A stretch of DNA of 64,000 bases from a virus (IMGVR_UViG_3300020044_011308:5070-69069), one strand, 5' to 3'; numbered from the stretch's first letter, positions 45,881-56,487 are shown. The notes: generated by a model from the sequence alone, not told the origin. Program-made: numbers and translations.

Positions 45881-48800
45881 TTATACTATTATTGGAGTAG
45901 AGTTATTTAATTTAATTAATTCTTGAAGAGTGGTTTTTTCATTTACATTAGTAAAACCATTTTTATGGAAAAAAGAAATTATCCCAGATAAATATCCATT
46001 ACTTCCTCGAGCAGCTGTAGAATAAATTTTAATAAATTGTTCTAAAGTTCCACGGTATGGGGTGAATTTATATCCTGGGAGATAAGGATTCACGTTATAG
46101 TTAAAGATATTATTTGCTATTTCAGGAGAGTAATATGGGGGGATATTTTTATTTTTTCCTAAGGGATATGAAGCATGTTTTCCCTTAACAACTCTAGAGA
46201 TATAATCAAATTGGCCTTGAATTCCTGCTTTAAGTGTTGGGAATGAATTTGTTGCGCCCGTGTCGGTATTTCCAATATTTCCTGGGTTATTGGTTCTATA
46301 ACTTTTAGTATTTGAGTAATATCCTTCTTTTTGAGCTATAATTAATGCTAACATTTTAAGTCCTTTAGTTCCATTTATTTTCTTTAATTCTGGGATATAT
46401 TTGGTTTTAATGGTAGAATTAACAGAATAATTAGCATTAGATGTTGGTGGTGTTCCTGATGATGGAGATTCAATATCTAAAGGAACAGCATCATTAGGAG
46501 AATAATATGGCCATCTTGAAGGTTTAAAACCTATATTTTCTTTTATACTAGCTGCTACGATTTCGGCAGTGATCGCTACTAAAGCCATTTCTCCTGTTTT
46601 TGGCATAACAGTAGCTTCAATAGATGTTTCCCAATCATTACCATTTAATCTATGAGAAACACCTGTTATAATTAAATCAACTGTTTTACCATATGCTTTT
46701 GGTAAAAATTCAGTATTAACACGTAAAACATTATATATTTTTATTCCCGAAATACCATCTAAAGTTAAACCTAATTTAAAAGGAATAAATCCAACTGTTC
46801 CTCCAGATATTGATTTACCTTCTGCATTTTTTGCTATTAACCATTTGTAATATTCTGTTACTACGGAAATGTTTTTTTCTATAATATTATCGGAAAGTTT
46901 TTTGTTTTCTCCAAAGTAGGTAAGTCCGTAACGATTAGCAAATCCATCTATAATGAATGTCTGTATATAATTAATATCGGCCTCATTTTCATCTATTACA
47001 TCTACGTTTGGAGTTGGAAGAAATTCTTCTTTAAATCGATCTGTTAAACCCGTATTCCATTTTGAAAATGCTGTTGCTTCTACTCCTTTAACGTATCCTC
47101 CAGCTGTTGCCCCAACTGTAATCATGGTAGCATATTCAGGAGTTATAGCTGTTTTTAAATCAACTTTACGAACAAAATTAGAAATATAATTATTTCCTAA
47201 TTTGTCATACCCATATATTTGAAGTTTATATCCTGGTCCATTATCCGCTGCTGAATAACCAGGTATAGGGGTTGTGTCAATAATTTTAAGAGTATTAGAT
47301 GATTCATCTATTATAGGCTCTAGGTTATTTATTCCACCTAATGCTTTATTTAATCCTGTACATATGTTAGAAATTAATTGATATACACTAACATTTCCTT
47401 TATCATCGGATTTTAAACATTCTTGTACAAAATCAAAATTTAAATAAATATTTAAGGTATATGCAACATTATCATTTTTACTTCCATTATCTACTAGTTT
47501 AAAGTAATTTAATTTAGTAAAAGCAGAAGATTTCTTAGATTTACCTACTTCTATCTGATTATTACGGACAATACATACTCTTGGATCTAAAGAAATCTGA
47601 TTTGGTAAAGAATACATATAAGTATTCCATTCACCTGTATCTATTTTAAATATAGGATCAGTATCTTTATTCTTTATTTTTATAATAATATTTTTTTCAA
47701 TGTATTCTAATAATGCTCCAAATCTAATATAGTAGTGGTTTGGTTTTGTTAAAAGTTTAAAGGCATCATTCCATTCAAAATTAACTAAAGGATTAGATAT
47801 ATTAACAGCAGAGTTAGAATTTCTTTTTGTATATGGTTTAGAGAGGATTATTTTTGCTTCTTCTGTGTATTTTGTTTCATCATTTGTAACATCTTCTCTA
47901 GTACTAGTATCAATGTTGTTACTTGTAGAAGAATATGTTTCAGTAACTTTAAGTTCTTCAAGTGGAGTTATTGTTAACTTCCCTACATTACCTCCTTTTA
48001 TATATTGATTAATAATTAATTTATTTACTTCTTTAATAAATTCTCTTCTTGCGTCTACTGCTTGTTCTTTTCCATAAGAATCATTATTTGATGTAAATTC
48101 TTGAGTAACTTTATATTTACCTTTTCCATTTCTACTGGTTCCTGCAAAGAATGATGCTCCACTTACCTTAATATCAACAGTTGTTACAAAGGTGTAGGTA
48201 GTTGTTGAAGATGAAATAGTAGTATCTTCTTTATTTGAAGATAATAAAATTCCTACAGTATGTTCTTTTGTTGAGAAATCGGGAGTTAATATTTGAACAT
48301 TAGGTCCTGTTTCTTTATCTCTATTTATAAATTTCCAAATAGCAAGCATTGCTGTTATAGCATCTGAACTGGAGGTTTCTTCATCAATTGTAGAATCTTT
48401 ACTAGGTGTTGGGGTAATTGATTTGGAAGAATTAAATGTCTTTAAAAATTCATTTGTTATATTATCAACAGATAAATTTGATTTTAATGATTCAATAACA
48501 TCACCTAAACTAATTATAGTTAATTCAATATCATAAGACCCATCAGTATTAAATGACCAATTAAAATTTGATACTTTACCTAATAAAGCATCGTAATTTC
48601 CCGCATATTCAATTCTTTTATTTTCAATATCTTCAAGAAATGTAAAGTATGAATCACTTCCCGCGGATTCAAAAAATTTTTCTTCAATTAAAGTATTACG
48701 TAAAATTTCTTTATCTCCTCCATCAGTGGTATAAATACTATTACCCCATTCAAGTAAAACAGTATATCCTAATCGCATATAAAGCAAATCAATAATATCA

Positions 48801-49276
48801 AATTGTTGCTTATTATTTGCTGTTAATTTAACTGTTGCTTTTTTAAGTGAACCTCTAGTTAATGTTTTAACATCGGTACTAATAATTCCAGGCATTGGAG
48901 AAAATCCAAAAGAACCATAAGTATATGAACTGTTATCATTTCTTGGTAAAAATCCTTCTCTTTGTTCTAATTGAGTATAAGAGTTTCCCTCTACTGTTTG
49001 TGAAGAAATTTTAGAAATACCAGAAAATAATATGTTATTTTTAGCTAATCCCATACCTTTTAGATCGGAATTGTCTATATTAATATCTTTTAGTCTTGTT
49101 TCATTTACAGAAACTCCAGATGCTAGTTTTATCCAAGATGTATTTGAATTTAATAAGTTTATTTGTTTATCTGTTCTAAGGGTACCAGTATGGCCTACTC
49201 CACTACCGTGTAAAGTTTGACGGGCATTAATTTGGTCTTGTACATAACCTTCTAACTCTTCACCTATTACTGCCAT
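45881..49276 (-). CDS. Baseplate hub/tail protein with C-terminal lysozyme-like domain
   Basis: 1131 aa; hub-like LYMRLGYTVLLEWG and ITGVSH motifs; C-terminal KEG...RTNNPGNI. Confidence 0.65.
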   Translation of the reverse strand: MAVIGEELEGYVQDQINARQTLHGSGVGHTGTLRTDKQINLLNSNTSWIKLASGVSVNETRLKDINIDNSDLKGMGLAKNNILFSGISKISSQTVEGNSYTQLEQREGFLPRNDNSSYTYGSFGFSPMPGIISTDVKTLTRGSLKKATVKLTANNKQQFDIIDLLYMRLGYTVLLEWGNSIYTTDGGDKEILRNTLIEEKFFESAGSDSYFTFLEDIENKRIEYAGNYDALLGKVSNFNWSFNTDGSYDIELTIISLGDVIESLKSNLSVDNITNEFLKTFNSSKSITPTPSKDSTIDEETSSSDAITAMLAIWKFINRDKETGPNVQILTPDFSTKEHTVGILLSSNKEDTTISSSTTTYTFVTTVDIKVSGASFFAGTSRNGKGKYKVTQEFTSNNDSYGKEQAVDARREFIKEVNKLIINQYIKGGNVGKLTITPLEELKVTETYSSTSNNIDTSTREDVTNDETKYTEEAKIILSKPYTKRNSNSAVNISNPLVNFEWNDAFKLLTKPNHYYIRFGALLEYIEKNIIIKIKNKDTDPIFKIDTGEWNTYMYSLPNQISLDPRVCIVRNNQIEVGKSKKSSAFTKLNYFKLVDNGSKNDNVAYTLNIYLNFDFVQECLKSDDKGNVSVYQLISNICTGLNKALGGINNLEPIIDESSNTLKIIDTTPIPGYSAADNGPGYKLQIYGYDKLGNNYISNFVRKVDLKTAITPEYATMITVGATAGGYVKGVEATAFSKWNTGLTDRFKEEFLPTPNVDVIDENEADINYIQTFIIDGFANRYGLTYFGENKKLSDNIIEKNISVVTEYYKWLIAKNAEGKSISGGTVGFIPFKLGLTLDGISGIKIYNVLRVNTEFLPKAYGKTVDLIITGVSHRLNGNDWETSIEATVMPKTGEMALVAITAEIVAASIKENIGFKPSRWPYYSPNDAVPLDIESPSSGTPPTSNANYSVNSTIKTKYIPELKKINGTKGLKMLALIIAQKEGYYSNTKSYRTNNPGNIGNTDTGATNSFPTLKAGIQGQFDYISRVVKGKHASYPLGKNKNIPPYYSPEIANNIFNYNVNPYLPGYKFTPYRGTLEQFIKIYSTAARGSNGYLSGIISFFHKNGFTNVNEKTTLQELIKLNNSTPIIV

Positions 49277-49286
49277 TTTTTACTTT

Positions 49287-49601
49287 TTATGTAATACCAT
49301 TTAATCTTTCATAAAGTGATATTATGCTTGATAACCGAACAGGAGCAGGTATTCTTAATTGTGCTCCAACTGAGGGGAATAAAGATGCAGAATCTTGATT
49401 AGGATTTGCACGATTTATTATCCACCATAAACTTGAATCTTTATAAAATGTTAAAGCTAAAGAATCATATCTATCACCTTGTGTAGTATACACATAAATA
49501 TCTTGGGAACCAAGGGGGATTTGTGGGTAAATAACATTTACATACCTTAATTTAGGTAATTCGGGTGTTGATATTATATTAATTCTTGAATATCTTGACA
49601 T
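49287..49601 (-). CDS. LysM-like baseplate wedge protein (gp53/tail X-like)
   Basis: TTQGDRYDSLALTFYKDSSLWWIINRAN...QLRIP. Confidence 0.8.
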   Translation of the reverse strand: MSRYSRINIISTPELPKLRYVNVIYPQIPLGSQDIYVYTTQGDRYDSLALTFYKDSSLWWIINRANPNQDSASLFPSVGAQLRIPAPVRLSSIISLYERLNGIT

Positions 49602-49617
49602 TTATATAAGTGTTAAG

Positions 49618-51477
49618 TTAAGTTAGTGTTTCTTTATTTTGATTTTGAATTCTCCATTTTTCTAATTGGTCTTTTTCATAATTTGTGGTTGAAGGTCTTA
49701 ATTGATCTATATATCTTTGTTTTCCTGTACCTAATAAACGGATACTATCTGTGCCAAGTATATCATTTTGAAATGTTTGTTTTTCTGGTCTGAATTTATG
49801 AATTGGGGTGAAATTAAATCCAGTAACTTTTATCATGTGTGGAACTTGTCTAATATCATCCTTACTTTTTATTTGTTTTCCATCATCATCAATTCCTATC
49901 TCCCAAGGTGATTCTTCAGGGATATCAAAAGTTAGTGAGGTTATGATTCCGGGTTGATCATATATGTATTCTCCTAAAGTAATATATGCGATATTTCCAG
50001 CCATATATCCAGAGGTTAAACTATCTAAATATTCAGGTGCTAAAGAGGAAGCTAAGAAATTTAATTTATCGTACATTGCTGTAATTTCTTCTCTAGATTG
50101 GGCTACTACTGTAAAAGCCATTGATATTTTTCTTCCAAAACCTTTGTATTTATATAATTTTTCTGCTCTACCCATATAATCTATAGGTGACCAATCTGCA
50201 TCATATGAATCTGAAAAAGAGTCTATGAATGCTCTAAAATGCATATTTTTTCTATATGTTCCGGGATTTTCTGCTTCTTGGTTGTCGTTATTTAATATTG
50301 AAATAATGAATGGTATTATATCTGAGTATTCTCCGTCTTTTTTATATAATTCCTTACTAGTATCTGATTTATAGATATATGTAGCATTTAATTTATCTAA
50401 TGCTTTTCCTCCATCAGAACCATTTGTATAACTTGATCTATTTCTACTTCTTTTTCCTGGGTTTCCTAGATTAAGGTTGTCTTCAATATTATATTTTTTG
50501 TAGTCTGGAGAAAAGGATACAAATGTAGAATCACCTCCAGAAGAATCAACTCCCATAGTTGTTCTAAAATCTTCATTAATATCTCCATCTAAATTAAGTA
50601 ATTGAGAATTAATTAACGAATAATCCCATGTTTTATAACGTGCACCGTTAGCATTTACTAAATTACTAGAATTTTTACTATCAAATATTGTTAATGGGTT
50701 ACCATCATTTTTTGTAGCATATTTTATTTTAGTTGATCCAAAACCTAATTTAGATCCAGGACCTCCTCCATATTGGATTAAAGTATCTATAGTAGGTTTA
50801 TATTGAAATCCAGAAACTCCTAATAAATTAGTAACAAATGATGTTACTTGATTAAGTGGGTTTGTTTCTTTAGGTTCAGTTAAAAGAATTAGCCTATTAG
50901 TGTTTATGTATAAATTATCTTCAACTCGTTCTAATTGGTTTTGAGCAATTATATCTTGGTATTTGTTAATATTTGCTCCAGGAAATAAGCCTGTTGGATC
51001 AAGTCCTTGTTTATTTAAATGTCCTCCAGAAAATCCTATAAGAGCTTGCCCTATGGTAGATAAGGGAGTATATGCACCTTCATTTAAACCACCTCCTGCA
51101 TATCCTAAACCTTTAGATGCTTCTGTTTTTGTTCCTATTCGAGAAAGAATATTTTCTTTAGCTAAAAATAAAAGTCCTTTTGGATTTTTTATATCTGCAA
51201 AATATTTTGTTAAACGGGCAACATCCTCAAGTGCATTTAATGGGGCTAAAATTCCACCACGGATTGTAAAATCATTATAAAATGCAGAATCTAAAGAAAC
51301 ATTTAATAATCCTTTTTTAATATATGGTTGATTACTATCTTTTCCTCCAACTCTATCACGTCCAAAAGGAATTGTTCTTGGATTTTGGTTATTAGGACTA
51401 ATAGCACCTTTTTGATTACCTGTATAGAATTTAAAATCTTCAGGGTTAGTTAATAGTTTTTGTAAAAAAGAGCTCAT
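49618..51477 (-). CDS. Baseplate/tail-tube initiator-like protein
   Basis: C-terminal FRAFIDSFSDSY...YMGRAE...GIITSL tube-fold pattern; position after the tape measure gene. Confidence 0.6.
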   Translation of the reverse strand: MSSFLQKLLTNPEDFKFYTGNQKGAISPNNQNPRTIPFGRDRVGGKDSNQPYIKKGLLNVSLDSAFYNDFTIRGGILAPLNALEDVARLTKYFADIKNPKGLLFLAKENILSRIGTKTEASKGLGYAGGGLNEGAYTPLSTIGQALIGFSGGHLNKQGLDPTGLFPGANINKYQDIIAQNQLERVEDNLYINTNRLILLTEPKETNPLNQVTSFVTNLLGVSGFQYKPTIDTLIQYGGGPGSKLGFGSTKIKYATKNDGNPLTIFDSKNSSNLVNANGARYKTWDYSLINSQLLNLDGDINEDFRTTMGVDSSGGDSTFVSFSPDYKKYNIEDNLNLGNPGKRSRNRSSYTNGSDGGKALDKLNATYIYKSDTSKELYKKDGEYSDIIPFIISILNNDNQEAENPGTYRKNMHFRAFIDSFSDSYDADWSPIDYMGRAEKLYKYKGFGRKISMAFTVVAQSREEITAMYDKLNFLASSLAPEYLDSLTSGYMAGNIAYITLGEYIYDQPGIITSLTFDIPEESPWEIGIDDDGKQIKSKDDIRQVPHMIKVTGFNFTPIHKFRPEKQTFQNDILGTDSIRLLGTGKQRYIDQLRPSTTNYEKDQLEKWRIQNQNKETLT

Positions 51478-51480
51478 AAC

Positions 51481-51807
51481 TTAAAATTTATTATATAAAT
51501 CCGAATAAGTCTGCCCAGGGATTGGAGTATATTTTGGTTTATTGTCAGGATCTGCTGTTATAGGATCTGTTAAATCTAATTGAGTAGGTGGTGGAAGTGG
51601 TGTGTTTTTTCCATCTTCATATTCTTGATATGATGAATTAACAATTGAAAATTGAGTTCCTGTTACTGAATATCCTGGTTTATCTTCTGCTGTATTATAG
51701 TGGAGTTGGGATTCTTTAGTAGATAGTGGGTTAGTAAACGGAGTTTCTCCATCACTAAATGATAGTGTAGATCCATCTCCTATTGTTAATTTACTAAGTA
51801 ATCCCAT
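51481..51807 (-). CDS. Small tail-region protein, paralog B
   Basis: MGLLSKLT...YEDGKNTPLPPPTQLDL. Confidence 0.7.
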   Translation of the reverse strand: MGLLSKLTIGDGSTLSFSDGETPFTNPLSTKESQLHYNTAEDKPGYSVTGTQFSIVNSSYQEYEDGKNTPLPPPTQLDLTDPITADPDNKPKYTPIPGQTYSDLYNKF

Positions 51808-51823
51808 TATGTTATATATTTAA

Positions 51824-52144
51824 TTACCCGAATGGAGTAGCAATATTTGTGTCACCAATTAATCCTCCACCTTCAGGTAAGTTGTTTAAATATTGTGATG
51901 GTGTAATACCATTTAAATCTAAATTTGAAGGTTGAGGTAATGGATTGTTTATACCATCCTCATACTGTGCTACAAAAGCACCAATTGCATTTACATTAGA
52001 TCCATTTAATGAATATGAATTATTTACAATTCCCGTAGAATGAATTGAATTTCCAGGAGTAGTTAATGGATTTATAGCTGGTGTTAATCCATCATTAATG
52101 CTTAAATTTGATCCATCTGTTGTTAATTTTGTTAAAAGTCCCAT
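51824..52144 (-). CDS. Small tail-region protein, paralog A
   Basis: MGLLTKLT...YEDGINNPLPQPSNLDL. Confidence 0.7.
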   Translation of the reverse strand: MGLLTKLTTDGSNLSINDGLTPAINPLTTPGNSIHSTGIVNNSYSLNGSNVNAIGAFVAQYEDGINNPLPQPSNLDLNGITPSQYLNNLPEGGGLIGDTNIATPFG

Positions 52145-52159
52145 AATTATTGTTTTTAT

Positions 52160-52167
52160 TATAAATA
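52160..52167 (-). promoter_or_regulatory. Class II (late-type) motif TATTTATA
   Basis: Upstream of the baseplate operon. Confidence 0.65.
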
Positions 52168-52174
52168 TTAAATG

Positions 52175-54370
52175 TTATGAAATTTGATAGCTATTTTTTC
52201 TGCTTTCGTCTCCTTGTGTATTTGGATTAGCACCTGTTGTAGCTTCAATTACTTTTTTACCATCAATGGATACATTGATTGGTCTATTTGCAATAGCAGC
52301 TACCATATTTTTAAGTTCACGGATTTCAGCTGATGAGTTTCCTCCATTATTATTACCTCCACCACCTAAATTAGTTCCAGCAATAATGCTATCTTTTTTA
52401 TTTAATTGGATTGAACCTTCAGGACCTGAGACTACCATGCCTCCAGTAGGACTAATAACTCCATCATTCATTGTTGAATGAATTGCCATTGTTGCTCCTA
52501 CTGCTCCTGCTACTCCTAAACCTATTAGTGCTGCTACTGGGTTCATAATAGCAAAAGAAACAGCCATAGCTGCCATCATACCAACAACTATTGCTAATAT
52601 AGATTTTAAAGCAAATGTATTTGATAACATTTTTCCTAACATTTTAACAAAAGATGCTGCTGGGCCTTCTACTATAGAAGAAAGCATTGATTTTAATTTT
52701 TCTATAGATTGGTTAAATGTTTCTTGGGCATCAATTTTTTTTAAAGCAGCTTTTGCGTCCTCTTCATTACCTATGGAAGCCTCTAACATTCTAACTTTAT
52801 CCGTGTCCCCTAATTTTTTTGCAGCTTCAATTTGTTCTTCTACTTGACTTCTTGTTTCATCTCCTAATTTTTTTAAATTTTCTTGAGTAACTAAAGAGTT
52901 AGCTAAATCATCTGTACTCATTCCAACAGCTTTTGCAATAGCTTCTTGTTGAATTACATTCATATTAGCAAAGTCTGATGCTGATCCTACTTGAGCTAGC
53001 ATTTCTTCTGCTGCTCCTGCTGCATCCCCATTTAAAGCTAAACCTCTAGCTCTTTCTAAGTTTAAAGCCTTTCCAGTTAATAGTTCTGCTGAAAGTTCGT
53101 TTTCAATTGATGATTCAAAATCAAGTAATCCTTTAGCAGCATTAGCTGCGGTTTCTAAACTAATACCTAATTTTTCAGTTTGAACTACAGCTTTTGCTAT
53201 TAGCGTAGGATTATTAGCATATTGTAAACGTAATTGTCCTGAAACTTTAGCTACTTTTTCAGTTATTTGTTTATTATCTAATTGAATTCCTGTTTGTTTA
53301 GCAAGAGCGGCTGTTTGTTTAATAACAGAATCAGTAACATCTTCAGCTGTCATCCCATTAGCCATTGCTAATTGTTGAATACCCCCAGCAGCTTCAGCTG
53401 AAAGTTTCATTTCTTTAGTAAGCATAACTTGGTCTTTAACTTGTTGTTCAGTAAATCCCCTAGTAGCTCCTAATGCATCCGCTAATTCCATTTGAGCGGC
53501 AACTAAATTTTTAGTAGTGTTAAATATACCTTCTCCTGAGTTTTGTATTTCTATAAATCTATCTCTAGTAGCTGTTGCTTCTTCGTGAGAGACAGCCATT
53601 GATTTAGATAGATCGGTAATTTGTTTATCAGCAGCAAATCCTATATCTAGGAACATTTGAAAGCCTTTTACTAAAAATCCTACTAAAGCTAATGGATCTG
53701 TTAAACCAGATACTAAACTTTTACCTAAACTTCCAGCAGCCGCACCTATTGCACCTATTTTTCCTGCTCCCTCAGCTGCTGCTTTATTTGCAGCATTAAT
53801 AGCATCTTCAGCATCTAAAAATTGGCCTACTATAGGTATTTTACTAACTCCTTTTAAAAGTTTTCCAGTTGTTCCTACTGTTTTTTCAATTTTTTCTTGT
53901 GCTTTTAATTGTTCATCAAGTTGTTTTACATAAGCATCATTATATTCTTTAGATTTTATATATTCATTAACTAATAATTGTTGACTTTTATTTAATTTAA
54001 GTGAACCCTCATTTTGTTTTTTAATTAAATCTTCAATACTACTAGCTTCTTTTTTTTGATTTTTTAAATGGATTATTAATTGAGTACCTAAAGCTTCTTG
54101 TTGAATTTTTCTTTTAAGAATTTGTTCTTCTACACTTTTTGTTTTTAGTAATCCTTCTTGTAATCTTACAGCATTAGATGCAATATCATCTGTTACTTTA
54201 GCCATTTGATTAAAACGTTTTTGGATATCTTTAGTTGCCGTTTCTGTAACTTTATCCGCACCCGCCATAGCATGTTCAAATATATCTGATACTTTTGCTG
54301 CTATACTTTGTAATGCATCTTCAATTATGGATGCTGTTTCAAGAGCTTTTTTTTTAGGATCTTCAGCCAT
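52175..54370 (-). CDS. Tape measure protein
   Basis: Ala/Gln-rich helical protein with hydrophobic segments, downstream of the tube and chaperone genes. Confidence 0.85.
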   Translation of the reverse strand: MAEDPKKKALETASIIEDALQSIAAKVSDIFEHAMAGADKVTETATKDIQKRFNQMAKVTDDIASNAVRLQEGLLKTKSVEEQILKRKIQQEALGTQLIIHLKNQKKEASSIEDLIKKQNEGSLKLNKSQQLLVNEYIKSKEYNDAYVKQLDEQLKAQEKIEKTVGTTGKLLKGVSKIPIVGQFLDAEDAINAANKAAAEGAGKIGAIGAAAGSLGKSLVSGLTDPLALVGFLVKGFQMFLDIGFAADKQITDLSKSMAVSHEEATATRDRFIEIQNSGEGIFNTTKNLVAAQMELADALGATRGFTEQQVKDQVMLTKEMKLSAEAAGGIQQLAMANGMTAEDVTDSVIKQTAALAKQTGIQLDNKQITEKVAKVSGQLRLQYANNPTLIAKAVVQTEKLGISLETAANAAKGLLDFESSIENELSAELLTGKALNLERARGLALNGDAAGAAEEMLAQVGSASDFANMNVIQQEAIAKAVGMSTDDLANSLVTQENLKKLGDETRSQVEEQIEAAKKLGDTDKVRMLEASIGNEEDAKAALKKIDAQETFNQSIEKLKSMLSSIVEGPAASFVKMLGKMLSNTFALKSILAIVVGMMAAMAVSFAIMNPVAALIGLGVAGAVGATMAIHSTMNDGVISPTGGMVVSGPEGSIQLNKKDSIIAGTNLGGGGNNNGGNSSAEIRELKNMVAAIANRPINVSIDGKKVIEATTGANPNTQGDESRKNSYQIS

Positions 54371-54384
54371 TTAAAATATTTTGT

Positions 54385-54392
54385 TATAAATA
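54385..54392 (-). promoter_or_regulatory. Class II (late-type) motif TATTTATA
   Basis: Upstream of the tape measure gene. Confidence 0.65.
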
Positions 54393-54408
54393 TTAAATAT
54401 TAACATTT

Positions 54409-54718
54409 TTAACCGTATTTAATAGGTTTTTTGCTATTAGCGGGTTTTTGAAGTAAATTTGGAAGTTTAACTTTACCGTCTGAATCAATTACAGTTTTTG
54501 TATTTGAGTTTTTTCCTTTAGATTGGTTTTGTATAGCTTCATTTTCCTCTTCAAAATGTTTTTTAATTTCATTAAAAGTAAAACGGCGAAGCCAAATTGG
54601 CATATTGTAAACAGTATGCCAATCATATCCTCCTTTTCCGTGAAAAACTATTTGATGTATTTGAGAAAATAAAGATGCTCTAGCAGGAGCAATATTATCA
54701 GATGTCAGGCCAAAAAAA
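54409..54718 (-). CDS. Tail assembly chaperone extension (gpT-like), probably reached by frameshift
   Basis: Overlaps the end of 54698-55429 in the +1 frame across a T7 run; YNMPIWLRRF motif; no good start codon of its own. Confidence 0.65.
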
Positions 54719-55429
54719 GCTAACCCCAATTGGGATACTAATTCTGTCGCTCCCGTTGTCGGGAAAAAAAGTTAAATCAACATCTGGTTGAATTTCTTTA
54801 ATATATTCTCTTAGTGCCCGTGAGTCTTTGGCTAAGAAATAATTTTCTACAAATTCTCGAATATCTTTTTTTTCCCTACTTCCCTCCACAGAAGTAATTA
54901 AATATTTTAAACGTGTTGATAGTTCAGTTGAAGAATCTTTATTTATTTTTTTAAGTCCTTCTAACTCACGACTAATGTCTTGTTCGTCTTTATGTGTTAA
55001 AAGTCTAAATGTAACTGAGTTTTTTGAGTGTGGTAAGGTAAATTCAAATTCATTTACACGATTTGCAAATAATTCTTCTTTAAGTGGTTTGTTTTCTAAG
55101 GAAGATAAATCTATTGTTTGAGTTTCACCATTATGTTCAAATGAATATTCTGATCCATATCCTAAAATACGAGCTGAAACCATTATAGCGTTTTTGTCTC
55201 CAATTAATAAATCATCAAAGTTAATTTTTGAAACAATTAAGGATTTCATTAACTTATCTAGAACAGTACCATTTTTAATATATGATTGATTTGTTAAAAT
55301 ATCCTCTTCCTTAGCGGTCATATATTTCATTTCAAGAGTACCTTTTGCTAATTCAGAATCTTCAGGGTAAAGTAAACCTTTAGAGGGTAAGTCAATGGTT
55401 TCTGTTGGTAATTTAAATTTTTCGTCCAT
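54698..55429 (-). CDS. Tail/baseplate assembly chaperone
   Basis: IDLPSKG, MTAKEEDIL, GDKNAI...ARI..YG, ends FFWPDI; between tube and tape measure genes. Confidence 0.75.
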   Translation of the reverse strand: MDEKFKLPTETIDLPSKGLLYPEDSELAKGTLEMKYMTAKEEDILTNQSYIKNGTVLDKLMKSLIVSKINFDDLLIGDKNAIMVSARILGYGSEYSFEHNGETQTIDLSSLENKPLKEELFANRVNEFEFTLPHSKNSVTFRLLTHKDEQDISRELEGLKKINKDSSTELSTRLKYLITSVEGSREKKDIREFVENYFLAKDSRALREYIKEIQPDVDLTFFPDNGSDRISIPIGVSFFWPDI

Positions 55430-55461
55430 AATTTTTATTTAATATAACTTTATTTGTCTTA

Positions 55462-55469
55462 TATACATA
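55462..55469 (-). promoter_or_regulatory. Class II (late-type) motif TATGTATA
   Basis: Upstream of the chaperone gene. Confidence 0.5.
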
Positions 55470-55471
55470 TA

Positions 55472-55843
55472 TTAAAGAGTAGTAATATTATCAGGATTTA
55501 CGTTAAATGATAAAACTCCTTCTACTTTTAATATTTCTTTTCGTATTTCTTGCATTTTTGATCTATCAAATCCACCTTTTGCAATCCAAGGATGTCCATC
55601 TACTTTAACAGTCATTATAGCTTGAAATTTAGATTGATCTTGTTGACTAAATTCTAAAGGTTCTTTAGACGATATAACTGTAACACCTGGGATTGAACGA
55701 ATATCTGAGTATATTTCTTTTTGTGGTCTTAAATTAATGTTGGTAATAAGCATGCCTATCATTTTAAACTTATCTTGATATTCCTCAGTTAAACGATGGT
55801 TTAATGTCTCTTTTACTAGCGCACGTAAATTATCTAATTTCAT
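55472..55843 (-). CDS. Hypothetical protein with MKLDNLRALVKE N-terminus
   Basis: 123-aa ORF with its own TATTTATA motif. Confidence 0.7.
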   Translation of the reverse strand: MKLDNLRALVKETLNHRLTEEYQDKFKMIGMLITNINLRPQKEIYSDIRSIPGVTVISSKEPLEFSQQDQSKFQAIMTVKVDGHPWIAKGGFDRSKMQEIRKEILKVEGVLSFNVNPDNITTL

Positions 55844-55857
55844 GTTATGGTATATGT

Positions 55858-55865
55858 TATAAATA
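55858..55865 (-). promoter_or_regulatory. Class II (late-type) motif TATTTATA
   Basis: Upstream of the ATG at 55843. Confidence 0.6.
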
Positions 55866-55911
55866 TGGGTAGATATAGTTTAATTAACGTGTTAATGTGA
55901 TAATATATAAT

Positions 55912-55947
55912 AAAAAAATAAAAGCTCCAACGAAAACGTTGAAGCTT
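55912..55947 (-). terminator. Intrinsic terminator after the tail tube gene
   Basis: AAGCTTCAACG-TTTT-CGTTGGAGCTT followed by a T-rich tract. Confidence 0.75.
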
Positions 55948-55971
55948 ATATAATTATTTTTAATTTTAATT

Positions 55972-56460
55972 TTAGTAGTTTAAGATACAATAATCTGGTT
56001 GTACTTCTAAAGCAATATTTACTACTGTTCCGTCATCATCCCAATTATAATCTCCAAAGTTAGCACTTGTTACTACTGCTCCTTTAATTATCCATTCAGA
56101 AACTATATCTCCAACAGGACCAAGAACATTAAATGTTAAATCTTTTTTATAAAAATCAGAATAACCATCTCTACCAGTTACAGATTCGTGACCTAAACGT
56201 ATCCATTCCATTACGGCTTGTGCTCCAGATGGTGTGATAGATTCAAATAAAGTCATTGAAATTGCACCCCAAATAGTTTTTCCTTTTACATAACGTTGAA
56301 CGTTAATGTGGTTAAGGGCAACTGCTGTTTGAGCTACATTTATCCCTCCTACTCCTTTTACTAAAAATGATGGAATACCATCCATATAAAGGATAAAGCG
56401 ATTAGATTGTTTTGGTTCAAAAGCGGTAAAAAATATTTCGTTCGGATTTAAAATTGCCAT
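55972..56460 (-). CDS. Tail tube protein (T4 gp19-like)
   Basis: FEPKQSNRF, WGAISMTL, YKKDL, DIVSEW; directly after the sheath genes. Confidence 0.88.
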   Translation of the reverse strand: MAILNPNEIFFTAFEPKQSNRFILYMDGIPSFLVKGVGGINVAQTAVALNHINVQRYVKGKTIWGAISMTLFESITPSGAQAVMEWIRLGHESVTGRDGYSDFYKKDLTFNVLGPVGDIVSEWIIKGAVVTSANFGDYNWDDDGTVVNIALEVQPDYCILNY

Positions 56461-56487
56461 TTTGTTTTTATTTTAATTTTGTTTTAT

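Noticed and set aside
54764-54770. Upstream T TTT TTT -1 slippery site in the chaperone
   Set aside because: A -1 shift reaches TAG within nine codons, so it cannot produce the extended product
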